The position numbers and the translations under genes were made by a program. From NCBI GenBank assembly GCA_009103225.1, contig RHPI01000777.1, positions 151,560 through 215,559 on the forward strand: a stretch of DNA of 64,000 bases. The letters are read 5' to 3'. Shown here piece by piece: positions 27,421 through 40,060 of the stretch (positions are counted from its first letter, which is position 1; every line of letters starts with the position of its first letter). The stretch is from Chlorokybus atmophyticus (Eukaryota; Plantae; Mesostigma and Chlorokybus algae). Below the pieces are notes generated by a model. The model worked only from the letters and a program-made list of their open reading frames with translations, was not told the origin of the DNA and did no database searches.

Positions 27421-28420
27421 ATGCCGATTTGTCCAAACGGACATCACAATCCGGTAAGTCAGCAGGCTCATCTGTGCAAGCACGCGTTCACACTTGTGCT
27501 TGTGTGTGTGCTGCGCAACCACCCACGGTCATTCAGTTTCAGGCCAGTCTCTGCGTCATTGCTAGGGTGTATAGAGAGAGAGGGGGAGAGTGGAGATGAG
27601 AGGGAGAGGGGAACTTTTTTCTCTTGATTTGCACTTTGTGTTCTGTTGTAGTGATTCTTGCTTACGGGTATGCGATACCCCTTTGCGCTGCCACTGGACA
27701 GGATGGAGCACAGTTCTGCAGTGAGTGTGGAACGCCCGTGACCGCCCCGCAGCAAGCAGGAGGAGAAAGAGGTAGGAGGCTTCCATGCAATACATTCATG
27801 CAAACTGGCCTTGTAGGCATTGTCAGTGGCACTGTGTCTTGCTGCTGGCAGGGTATGGACAGCCTCCGCAGGGGTATCCGCCACCGCCTGAGGGCTACCC
27901 GCCTCCCGGCGGACCCGTGCCTGGATACCCGCCCCCGCCTCCAGGCTACCCTGCTTACGGGCCGCAGGGCTACCCTCCGCCCCAGGTATGGCACTTGCGT
28001 ATGACAGAGTGTAAGACTGTTTCTGCATGTTGTGTTTTAGCCAGGTGCTGAGTGTTGTTGCCTGAAAGCAGTGTGTTGTTCCAATGATTGCCGGCGCTAT
28101 GCTTTGTGTGTGAGGTGTCTTACTGTCCAGTTGAAGTTTAATGCTGAATTTGCTCTCTAGATGATGCAAGGGCCTCCCATTGTGGTTATGCAAGATACGT
28201 GCCAACACGATTTCGTCACCAACCCTACTTGCCTGTCAGTGGTAAGTTGCTTTCATGATGATTGTGCACAGCGGTTGCTCGTATGCGGCGCTGATGACAT
28301 GCTTGTGCTGCCTTACAGCTGGGATGCATCTTGCTGTTTCCTTTCGGCCTCATCTTCCTGTGCTTGCCCCCACCATGCACCGAAACGCGTTGCAACAAAT
28401 GCGGCCGACAGCTTGTCTAA
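27421..28420 (+). CDS. Zinc-ribbon + proline-rich + BRI3/LITAF-like membrane-associated protein
   Basis: Exons 27421-27453, 27702-27771, 27852-27985, 28161-28241 and 28319-28420 join in phase. Protein: MPICPNGHHNPDGAQFCSECG (zinc ribbon), GYPPPP repeats, then CQHDFVTNPTCLSVLGCILLFPFGLIFLC...RCNKCGRQLV* (C-x-H...hydrophobic...CxxC, BRI3-like). Confidence 0.8.
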
Positions 28421-28628
28421 TTTTGTGCGCTCAAGGGCAATTATGTGATGAATAAAGTTTTCTGGTTTGCTTTAGGACTACTTCTTCCCGTGAACTACTA
28501 TTGATTGTGGGTTGTGCATGTTCGATGATTGGTTCGTTTACTCCCTGTGTAGTGTTGCTAGTACTCAACTGTCGTTTACTGTGGAAATTGATATCTTTTG
28601 CCACTTATATCTTCAACATTAGTGCCGA

Positions 28629-28814
28629 TTGCAACCGACCGTGCCGGTTTTCACGCAATCCGCCGTGATCATTGACTGAACACGGCCATTGCGTCGAAGT
28701 GCCCGTACGCGCCATTCGGGCGCGGACGGCACCGTGCATGCCGACTTTCGCGCTAATCACCGCGATTGATAATCAGCAATCGCGGTGGTCAGGACACGGC
28801 ACGGTCGGTTGCAA
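28629..28814. mobile_element. 186-bp MITE-like element with 18-bp perfect terminal inverted repeats
   Basis: ttgcaaccgaccgtgccg (28629-28646) is the exact reverse complement of cggcacggtcggttgcaa (28797-28814). There is an internal 11-bp stem caccgcgattg/caatcgcggtg (~28758-28787). No clear TSD. Confidence 0.55.
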
Positions 28815-30566
28815 ACAGCGATAACAAACGAAAGTTTCGATCCTGATGCAGTTCAAACGTAATTAAAAAAACATCAAATATGTGTACTGGGTATGCAGCG
28901 CACGCATGCTAGCAGATCATTGCATGCGCACTCTGTTCCATCATGTTGTGTAGCTACTATTGGTTCATCTGCCTGACCTATATCGCAGATTACCTCGGAC
29001 ATTGGAGAATTGAGTGGTGCTACACAGCTACTTTAACTCCTTATTAAGCTCCTCCTCTTAATCCGGCTCTCGAGGGAAGTAGTAGTCTCCATGCCATGTC
29101 TTGTCAAGCTAGGCGCCTTTTCACATGTTCAACTACGTTGTGAGTGGGAATAACGAGAAGCTGTCAGATGCTTAGCGTGTGAAATCTGCAAGGCTTAAAT
29201 ACGCACATGGTAAATATGTGTGATCGACATGACTGAAGCTTCCTAGTCCCTTCAGTCTATGCCTCCACCATACTTAAGGAGACTTTAAAGCTCCCTACAG
29301 GCGCATCCAAGAAGGTCAACAATATTGTATACCAACCACAATATCGTACCAAGTCACCGGCCAGCCTATTAGAGGTCACCACTTAACAACTTAACATTAA
29401 ATGTTAAGCCCATACATGCCTTTTGCTTTTTACGCTTGCTTTATACAGTGGATTGAGTGAGACAAAGTCTTTGCACACTCTTTACTATGATCCTCGCAGT
29501 GCACTTTTTGTGCCGAGTAGAAAGCATATTACGATTAGCCCGGTCGGTTGCTTGCGGCGACGAAGGCAAACCCAAAGGCTTGCTGATACAATCTCAACCT
29601 CTATTTAGCATGTCGCACAATCCCGGGGGACACCTTTGGTGCAATGGTACTCGATATTTTGTGTTAGCAAGTTTAATTCACCGTTTGCGGGTTATGCTGC
29701 ATCATTTTGCGCTGCTTGCATGCTACGTACAATAAGCATGCATAAGGACATATGCCTCGTTCACACCTATGACTAATGTTAATAGCATAAGCTGCATCAT
29801 TGCAATTGTACTGTTATCATGACACAGTAGTTTTGATTTGTGACTTTGGCAATGAAACATGTCAATGCTTGTGTGTAAGCATACCGTATGCTTAAGGTGA
29901 CCTTAAGCTCGTTAAATGATATGATTGACGTTTGAAACGTCAGCCATTTGCAAAAAGTGTCCCCCCGGCTCGTGCTACAGCGTGTGAGCATTATCTTTAC
30001 AAACCACTTGGTGCCAAAGTAATGCACTTGCCACAGCGCCGTTGCTTATACTAGTAAGCCTAGTTTATCCAAAGCAGACAAATTTACCTGAAACCCGGCG
30101 TTGACATAGAGTTGCTGCACGTTATCCATCATATTTGTGGAGACCCGGTAGGCACGGCCCGCGTGCTGTCTGCACCGCAGTGTGGACAGCTAAGGCGTCG
30201 CTGTCAGTTTAACGGCGCAAGTTTAATGCTCACCAATCGGCGAACACTTCTACCCGCTAGCAATGGCGACGCATGGCACACAAGGTGAGATAGAGCACGT
30301 CATGCACCTGTGAATGCGCCACATCATGACAGTGCGAAGGGCGAGGTAGCGGCGCCTATAGGGGTTCATACGCCTCTGCCCTACCGCGCGCGCCGGCAAT
30401 GGTGGTCAGGGAGCGCGTAGTAGCAGCATGCTGGGTTGAGAAAGGGTGGCTCATGGCCCTCAATTGCGGAGGCGGACGCACCAATTGCATATACCTACGT
30501 AAGTGCATAACACATATGCGCGGGCTAAATGTGTAATATGCTATATGTGTGCTAGATATAGCTTGT

Positions 30567-30768
30567 GTGTGTGTGCTGGACATGAGTGGTTTACAAAGCA
30601 GTGTGAACCGGCAAGGATACCATGATGCATGCATGTATAGTAAAAGGAGGATTACGTTGTGGGTTGTGGGTGTGCACATGCTTGATATGAGTGGTTTATG
30701 AAGCAGTGTGCACCGACAAGGATGCCATCATGCATGCGTGTATGGTAAAAAAAGGATAATGTTGTGGG
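30567..30768. repeat. ~105-bp imperfect tandem duplication
   Basis: The motif atgagtggttta..aagcagtgtg.acc..caaggat.ccat.atgcatgc.tgtat.gtaaaa...ggat...gttgtggg is present twice. Confidence 0.75.
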
Positions 30769-31613
30769 ACGACAAAAATTCTTCGCACTTGCTTTGCAAG
30801 TGAAAGGCCCATGGTGCCATGAGCTTGCTTAGTGATTAATCATGATTCTCCAATGTCTGAGTATGCTAGCTTGTAGTTTGTAAAGCACTAAGGTGCGAGA
30901 AGTTGTGCAAGCAAACCGCACACACGCGCACACACAAGCAATGGTACCACACAAGATGTTAAAGGGGGGCGGGGGGTGTGGGGGNNNNNNNNNNNNNNNN
31001 NNNNNNNNNNNNNNNNNNNNNNNNNNNNNNNNNNNNNNNNNNNNNNNNNNNNNNNNNNGGGGGGGGCGCAGACCAGCGCTAGGACTGATACAACGAAGGC
31101 AACTAGTGCTATAACTCAAACACACAAGGCAGCAGCAGGCAGGCAGGCAGGCAGGGGGCGGGGCAAGGGAGCACAGTGGTAACCATCTGCGGCGCAGATG
31201 CAGAGTCAGGCCATGCATGTAATGTGCGTCGCAAAAGTTGCAGTGATATTCCTGGACGTGGACCTGCGTGTGGACTGAAGTATGTTTACGTACACGTGTT
31301 GTGAGGTTTTTGCTGTGTCTGGGCTATCTAGTACGCTAACCTTATTCACACAATCACACTCACCAGGTGACCTTCCAATTCTGGAAACATGATTGGCTTT
31401 AGGCAACACAGCATTAACGTTGCGGATCTGTACTATTGGACATAGCCAACCAAACCACCTGACAGGCACAACAAGTTGCCCTTACCTACATGATGAGCAA
31501 TGGGCAGGTCATCTATCCAAACACCAATGTTTCACCTACACATATGCAGCAACCACCGCCCTGTTATAAACGAAAACAAAGTGGCGTTATATGCGCTACT
31601 TCCGCCTACCTCG

Positions 31614-34600
31614 CTAATGATTCAACTCATTTGCAACTTCACAAAACAGATGCTCTTTAAAAATGGTCAGCAACATCTCCCTTGCTTCCACTTCAGGGCA
31701 GCTGTTGCGCGCACGCCATGCCACGATCCCATCAGGTCTAACGAGAATGGCACCACCGTCCGACACTTCCCGCAGCTGTGGCCACCTACCATTGACATCT
31801 CTGTAGACCTCCACAGCGTCTGCCGGGCTGGGCTCGGAAGCAGAACTTGCGTCTGATGCAATGGCGATGGAGCGCAACGGCATGCCTAGTTCAATCAATG
31901 AGCGCACTGCATGAATCCAAGGCAGACAACTGGCGCCAGCTGAAACAATGAGCAGATGCTCCATCCGGTTCGTTTGGTGAAGATCCAGCGTAGACAAGGT
32001 CTGGCCCTGTTACAAAACCAGGGAATAGGAGTCAACAATGTGATCATTGTACATGATAGGGTCGATAAGCATTAGCAAACAACGACTCAAATTAAATGCT
32101 GTTTCAACATACCTGCGAAGAAACAAGCTCCAGATGTGGCAACCGACTCCCAGGTCTTGTTGTGGGAACATACTCGAAGGGATTAGTGCTGCTTTGTTGC
32201 TCGGAACTGTTGTCATCATACAAAGCACCTGCCGTATACCTGCAGCACACAAAGCATTGTACGCATTTTCAGGATCACATGAGAGAGTTCTACCCATCAC
32301 AGAGCACGCGGGTGTGACAGGCAGCACAAAATGTGACAGCGCATACCGGAAACCAAGGTCTTCGCGAGGAAACAGCATCCGCAAGGTGCGGCCGCGCTCA
32401 AGCGCAGCTTGGACCGCTGCCGCCCCTCCGCCAAACAAGCTACTTGCGGTCAAGAGCGTGGGCTGCAGCAGTCCCGTGCGCCCAGCCGACATGGCACTGT
32501 CTAGCAACCAGCTGCGAGTAGACTGTGGCAAGTAGGCTGCAGGAGATCCACTCATCACATTTGTCAACGTGCTGCACAGAACACGCGGTGTGAGACACTT
32601 GCATGCTGTCAGATTGCAATGGACGTGCATCAAGTAATCATGTTACTGTCGACGCACACCACAGGCCATACCTAACGGTATTGAGGTTCAGGCCAAGAGC
32701 ATTGGGGACTGTGAGACCATCTCGGAAGTTGCGCACACTCAACCGGCTGGTGCCTTCTGCAATTGGTCGGCGCTCCTGTTCATAAGTCCGCATCAGGTCT
32801 TCAGTAGCCTGCCCGCTATGCACTGCTGCCAACTTCCAAGCAAGATTGTGCACGTCCTGCCACGCATAGCAATTCATCAGCCAGTGGCGCTGCCGCAACT
32901 GCAAGCAAACTAACTCATGCGCACAGCGCATGCAGTCAACCGCAAGACCTCTTTTGGCAGAGCGGAGCGAGCAAAGACCATTGCTGCATGCACTACTGAC
33001 CTGTATTCCTGTGTGCATGCCAAAAGCACCAGCAGGTGGGAACCGATGAGCTGAGTCACCAGCGAGAAACACACGGCCCACGGAGAGCTTATCCGCGACC
33101 TCTGCGCTCATGACCCACGGCCGCACAACCTTGATCTGAGAAGAGAACATACTTATGCTTGACTGGCACACAGCAAGCTGGAGCTTGAAGGTACAGTATA
33201 TGACGAAAACCCACCTCCATATCCAAGTCCGGTACACCTGCAGCAGCTTTTATCAGCTGCATGCACTTGCCATTGCTGAAATCCTGCGCAGTCTGGTGCG
33301 GGGGATAGTAGGGCAGCTGTGCAACAAACTCTCCCTCTGTGATGTTGTGTGCAACCACCACGCAAATAACCTGTAACCAGGACTCCACATCAGCACCAAC
33401 ACCAGAACTGTATTGTTTACATGGTTGGCTGAAAACTCTATGCAGGACTACGACTGGGATTTGAAGTCAGGTGCAGCGCAGTGTTTGCATAAAATCACCT
33501 TTTGGTTGAAGACGAAGTACAGCATTCCAGGCCGCTCTCGTATACGCACGCCAAGGTCTCTGCTGGTGAAGTGCACAGACAAAAAGTGCTGCAATGCTGC
33601 CTGACCAGTCATGCCCACCCCGAGCGCAGCCCGTATGCTTGAATTGGCACCGTCTGTAGCTATGAGATGCCTGCAAGACACGCGCTGCCGCTTGCCTGCC
33701 ACAGCAAGTGCTAAGTTGTAACTTGTTGCGCAAGTGTGACGTGATGCACTAAACCACAATTGCGGGTACAAAGCATGAGGGTTAAATGCAAACCTCCCAT
33801 TCTTAGAGAGCACCCCTCTTCAAGTACCTTGTATTTGCAAACCTAGCGGTTCAAGGTCAACTGCAACGGTTGAAGGCGACTGCGAATGGTATACGCATTG
33901 ATGGCCAAGCAGGATGCCTGAGAGAGGACGAGCTTCGTCCTCCATCAACCTCTGCGGCGGGGTGAACGTGTTGTACAATTGCCGCGCGCGCTCCATAAGC
34001 AGCGGCACAAGCTTGTTCTGCGAGAAGTGCGTAGGCTTGACTGGACTCACGTCGTCTGGAGGCTTGTCTGGCGCGCCTGATGATGAAATACTAGCATGAC
34101 GCCTGAACACCAAGGCCTGCCATCCAGCAAAGACATGCACATGCAAACTTGACAACAACAGTGAAGACGTTGAGATGATGATGTTGGGCCCAGCCGTTGG
34201 ATAGTGAAACCTACCGTCTCTCCAATGGTCGACGGAGCCAAACACCTGGCCCGTCATCGCTGTGCAGTACACAAAGCGGCGCCACTCATCCAAAGGTGGA
34301 CTAAGCTGCCTTATCTCATCCGCCAATCCATCCAGACTGCGAAACACCTGTGCAATCGCAATGCACGCGTTCCCAAATAGTGTCTGTGTTGGCATTCCAC
34401 CAATAATACTAAGAAAATGGGGCAGACCTCAAACGCATGCAACCACAACGCATACACGTTTCTGAATAGTGTCTGTATTGGTAGGCATTCCGTTGGGCAC
34501 TACTGACTGAATGGGGCATAATACAAATGTATACAACTACTAACAGTCCAGTCCATGAAGGCAGCGATCACAAGCAGCTGAATGATGCTTACTTCCATAG

Positions 34601-35009
34601 ACCGGTAGTGTATGAAATGTGCTTGTGGATGCAATGAAGGCCGGATTGACTTCTCCACGAGCAGTGAGCGAACCCCTGGCAAACAGGAACAGAGCAGTGT
34701 TACTGTCCACTGTCACAGCAGCCCTGTAGGACGCCCTTACAGCAACACAGTCAGCATCAACGAACGTTGTCACGTACCATACTTGCTGAGAAGGATCGAC
34801 AGCGTCAGCCCCACTGGCCCAGCACCGACAATTACCACTGGAACGTCCACATGGTCGCCGCCATCGGCGAGGGCCATGGAGGAGGCCGAGGACATGGACG
34901 ACGATGTAGAAGCCGTAGCATATGAGGCAAAGCTGTGGCTTTGACGAAAAGCTACTGCGCCAGCGAGTTGCAGAGCTCTTCTAGAAGCTGCTGCTGCTGC
35001 CAGCTGCAT
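31614..35009 (-). CDS. FAD-dependent aromatic-ring monooxygenase (FAD_binding_3 family) with thioredoxin-like C-terminal domain, multi-exon
   Basis: Motifs: VVIVGAGPVGL (GxGxxG), VEK...HPQAHFIHYRSME, HFSQNKLVPLL, LIATDGANSSIR (DG motif), RVFLAGDSAHRFPPAGAFGMHTGIQ|DVHNLAWKL (GD motif), YEQERRPIA and LVRPDGIVAWR. The Ala/Ser/Arg-rich N-terminus from the ATG at 35009 resembles an organelle transit peptide. Confidence 0.9.
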
Positions 35010-37141
35010 GGCATGACATGCACAGCTGCTCGGCCGCCTGCCCACTTGTGCGCTTACTCGCTTGCTTAGACGCTGGACAGCAGCTTAACACAGGCACAGC
35101 ATGCACAACTAGCTCTTACTCAAGGCTGAAAGCTTAAGCACCACTGTCGATGAGCAGCACCGGAAGTAGCAGCAGAACACAAACCCTGAGTGCATGCCAC
35201 CGTGAGCCGCCGAGCTCGCAGACAACAAACACAGTCTCACTTTGACTGCACTACTCTGACTGAGACTCTCATACACGCACACAGTCACACACACCTACTC
35301 AAGTTGTGCAAGTCAACTACGTGCATGAATGCGTAGAGCCGCAGGCTGCCACCGATAGCCACGATGCGCGTTCCTGTGCACTGGTACCCTTCCAGTCCGT
35401 GGTAGGCCTAGGTTGGGAGTGTGTTTTGCGGCTGGTATGGGCCGGATTTCCCTTTTACCCACGTGGCGCGAGATCGATTGAGCCTCGTCTGCCCCAATCA
35501 AGCAGGAAGATTCCTTTCCGGACTCTCTATTGGAAGAGGGGACCCCGCGGCCCGCGGGCTCTGGTTGGCGGCGCGATTGAGGTGGATTGAGCGCCACTGG
35601 CAGGAAGATTGCCGCGGGATTGGCTAACTAGGCCGAGCTGCACAACAAAAAATCATTCAATCATTGCCTGGAAGCAAAAATCATAACCGTGAGAATCAGG
35701 GCGTCTGAATACCAGGCCCACAGCATACCAGGTGATACGCCCTACCTGCCCTTTAATCAATCAAATTGAGCGCTGTGAGAGGTGCTTTAGTAGGGCGGCC
35801 CTACTAGGGCCTATGGAACACGCGATACTGTACATGTTGGAAATTCTCGATACGTCCTCATTGTATGACTGTGTGGAAGCGCCTGGACAGTATGGCGTCA
35901 GGGATATTATGAGGCTTGATTTGCGGCTAGTGACGAGTAGTGGCCCGCAGTGGGCCACCCACTAATGATTGACACCTGAATATCCACTGGCAATCGATGA
36001 CCTGATTTGGCTCGGTGATAAGTAGTGGTTGATCGACGGCAAAGCCGTCAGTCCGTCAACTCCAAACGACTGATTGAGTAATCTACAGTCAACATGTGGC
36101 TGTGGGCGTGTTTTGAGTACGAGATTATTACACGCTGGCCGCATTGGCAGTGCGGACGTCACTGCCAGGCTTACCACAAGGTGAGATGTGGAGCGCAGCA
36201 GCCAGGCAGCGCATACATATCCAGCCTGTATAATGCAGGTAGGAACTCAGTGCAGCACAATTGGCTCATAACTTGCGAGTTGGAGTTGCCATGCTCAATG
36301 TAGTAGTCAATGTGAATGCATTATACATAAAATGCACGCATAAAAGTGTATGCATAATCAACTCAATGGGTAAGCTTACTCATATCATGTGTTTGAGCCG
36401 CGAGAGTGCGATTGCTTTGTGGAATGAACGTCCATGCTCACTTTATCTCCACAAGCCATTGCCGCAAATTTCAAGACACGAATCGGGGGGGCCATCAACC
36501 TTCTCCTCGCCATTGCAAGCACGTAACTTGTTACTCATGATATGTCCGTAAGTGGCTGAAATCTTATAATAATGAATAAATGATTACATAATGCTTATAC
36601 AATATGGTATATCTGTCCGACGAAAGGCTCACGAATCATAAACACGTGCATATACATAATTTTATGCATGTGTCCATATATAAGATCAATGTGTATTTTT
36701 CATAGCATGTCTGATGATACATAGATTATAGTATATGATTATATATAAGTGCATTATTGACTGCTTGATGCAGGTTTATGTAAGCAAGATGTCATTGTTA
36801 AGACAATATCGCTTTCTGTAGTTATTGGTTTTGTTAGCAAATATTAAAATCAACCGATAAACGCACTTATACTCAAAAAAAGCATTGCTCGGTGACGATA
36901 TTACACTAAGTTAACAAACGCAAGCAGGCCTAGCTTGTGGCCCACAATTGTTGAGGGCCACAACATAGCTACGTTGTAGCTGGTCTACTTGTGCATCCAA
37001 AACAACCAGTAAATTAAAAGCTTAACAATATTCTTATTACGACATCAATGTGTAATAGCTGCAGTGTGTAGATAAGGCGTGCCAGATTTATTTATGCCTT
37101 AAAATTCTAACTTTAAACGTGTAGGCGCCATTTTTAGGAAC

Positions 37142-38300
37142 TTAGTGCCATATATAGTGTTGCTTCAGAGCGCGGAAGCAGCCGACATCCAGCACCTGCA
37201 AGGTGTGCTGAATTCAGGGTGCTCACAAGTGACTTTGCAGCATTTACTTGGCATTAATGCATTGCACTAATCTGCAGCCAATGTGTCATGTGCGCAGGGA
37301 AAGTCAGCAAGTTCACATCAGTGTTCACTACTCGCTATAACAACTCCAAGTTCATGCGAGAACGGCCGTCCAGTGACAGGGGGACAGATCTGTCCACGCT
37401 GGGTCCACCACGTATGTGCGCTAGAAACTTTAAACCAGTCCACAAACAATTTAATGGTTATGTACGCATTCTCTTGCATGCGCATGAAGCTCTGACAAGA
37501 GCAGCATTTATGTATTTTTTTGTGACCATGAAGCGGGAACCTTTCCGGAAATACATGGGTGGCATCGAATTGCTAGCTGCGCTAAAGCAGCCCTTGACAC
37601 TCGTGTGCTCTTGGCTCCCCTCTTGTTTTATAGTAGGCAATTTTGTACCCCTTCTTGCAGATTACCTTGACAATTGCTGCGTCACATGCATGCATCAGCT
37701 TGAGTTTTCATGCAACCAAAGCTATGAGCATGACTTACGCATGCCATCTGGCTCGAAGTTGGTCTCATCCGCAATGAAGATGCGAGAGAGGTCATTAATA
37801 TTCATCTTCTTTAGAGACCAGATATACAATTTAAAGAAACCTTCCATATTCTCCCAGTACACGCTTGCCACATTCTTCCTGTCAAGACCCTCAGCTACGC
37901 GCGATGCCAGCTGATGCCGACTCACCTGCAAGCGCAACCACTTGTAGCGGGGAGTGCCAGCTGCCTTAAACCTCCTCGAGGTCATTCGGGTCACCCACGA
38001 CCAAGCAACACAATGCAACCGAGTACAACTCTCGCTTAAGTTAAGCAAAACGTACACACAGCTTGAAGTATATGCAACACACGACCAACAACTCTGTGCG
38101 CACTTATTGAAACAGGGTAGGGCGGGTGACCTGAAACTTGTTGTCGGCCAGCTGATTGATCTAGGCCACAAGCTCCTTCTCCCCCTCCATCGTTAGCACA
38201 TTAGGGCCCAATGGTGGGCAGACGCAGCTTGTCCGAGAAGCGAGCATAGTTATACAAAGTGGACTTGGCAACTGCATGCCTGCCTTCACATCATTAACAG
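37142..38300 (-). mobile_element. Decayed pogo/Fot1-like (Tc1/mariner superfamily) DDE transposase
   Basis: In order on the minus strand: AKSTLYNY...EKELVA*INQLAD (HTH/CENP-B-like), KWLRLQVSRHQLASRVAEGLDR...RIFIADETNF (first D at ~37767), HTSVKGCFSAASNSMPPMY, LSLDGRS...LLTFPAHMTHWLQ and VLDVGCFRALKQHY. Multiple stops and frameshifts; TIRs not found. Confidence 0.75.
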
Positions 38301-39829
38301 CAACCCGTAACATCAAGAAGTTCAGCATCACCACAATTGATGTCTTGCATGCCTCTGCACCGTGTGGTGCTCAAGCAACTCTTAAGAGCAATCTTGCTGC
38401 ACCAGCGTTGATTAGGGCGAGGGGCAGAAGTTGTGCTGCATGCTCTTCTGTTGTCACATGTAGGGGTAGACTCATAATATCATCAACAGTCAGCCAGGCA
38501 TAACAGACACTAGCACAAATATTTAGTACTACTTAATATAATATAATATAATATAATACTTGGTATATATTAATAATACTTGGTAGTATTATTATTATGC
38601 AGTACTACTCGAACACATCAGCACATAACTCCGACTGTGTACTTGTCATGCGGAGTGACGCTCACCTCATCTTTGTGTGTGCCTCTTTACGTGCCTACTT
38701 GCTGACTTGCATGCCCATCCGATGTGCCCCTTGTGTGCACCACGTATAACCCCCAGCCTAAATGCCACAGTCTATAGTTGCATGATACGAAATACGATTA
38801 TGAATACGACATGACATAAATATGAGGTATTTTATAGTAATTTTACATATTCAGATTAAATACAAATCAGATGCGAATTGTGATACGACAATGCATTGCA
38901 CTATATGCTATCAATAATAATGACAACCTGCAACGTATGCAACCAATTCAAACCTAAATACCTTACCACAACCGCCGCGTGCAGCGCAACTTCAATTATG
39001 TGTGTACACACACGATATGTAAGTGCAATTAATTGCATCATGTAAGCACTGAACTTTTCATTGTGATAGTACTATCATAGTATTTCCAACTATTGAATAT
39101 ATACGATGAAATACCAATATTGTCAAGGCGGATTGGATAGTATGATGCAACTAGGACACAGTCTACAACCCCTTGCAACCCACCGTAATCTTATTATCAC
39201 ACCGCCGCCAGTATACAACCACAGCACACCCACCCAACACCCAAGAACCCTTATCTGCAAACTCTTAATAACAGTTGCAAAAACCCGACTCGCACTTTCA
39301 CATTCCCCACCACACCTTCTAAATGGCTGACCTATCAGCAAAACCCTTTAAAGAGGGTTAAGTCGACAACAAAAGCGACCCACAGAGCTATCAACCATCT
39401 TTATTGGCCAAGCACAGCTTAATCCGTAAGAGTTCAAAGTGAACTAAACCGTGCTGCAACATTCAAGATTAAATACTTCACTGATTGCATTGGCGCCAAT
39501 ACGCGTCCAATAGGGTCGAAACTTGGTGAGTGTACTTGGTTGGCTCTTGTGCGCCTATTGTGCCTATGCGCTAAAACAACAAGCACTCGAATCTATCGCC
39601 AAATGCAAAAATCATAGCGCTATGGGTGTGAGCTGTCCGAAATCAGGCAGTTGTTCGAAGTGGCAAACGGATACCTTGATACCCTAATACCCTTAAGTTA
39701 GGGTCCCTAAGTACAGTGTGACACGGCCATTACAAGTAGTTGCAGTGACACGTTAGGTACTGCAAGGTAGGTGGCCGTTTCTTGAGGGTAATCACAGGTA
39801 TTACCAATCACTTGCTGTCAATGTTAATT

Positions 39830-40060
39830 GACGCGATTGACATGTAATGATCAGTCACTTACCACCAAAGCCAGGTAACTAATAGGTAATTGACGTGATT
39901 GAACATTTCAGCAAGGTAATTGAGTAGTGGTGACAGATGAGACTAACAGACACACATCAGTCACTTGTCATTAAACCAGCGTGATTAACAATAACTGAGA
40001 ATCGCAGGCTGCCATCACATCAAGGTGTTTCAGTAGTGACAGATGAAACTGACAGGTGCA
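39830..40060. repeat. Degenerate ~106-bp tandem repeat
   Basis: tcagtcactt occurs at 39851 and 39957, and gtgacagatga at 39930 and 40036, both 106 bp apart. Confidence 0.5.

Noticed and set aside
29000-29350. Possible non-LTR retrotransposon RT remnant (SLLKYGGGID-like motif, minus strand)
   Set aside because: A single loose motif among many stops; not supportable without a profile search.
30100-30480. GC-rich island that might be a structured ncRNA
   Set aside because: No recognisable tRNA, snRNA, SRP or telomerase-template motif, and no long stems.
35460-35630. Repeated GATTG(A/G)/CCAAT-like motifs upstream of the monooxygenase
   Set aside because: Short motifs compatible with ordinary promoter CCAAT boxes; function cannot be supported from sequence alone.
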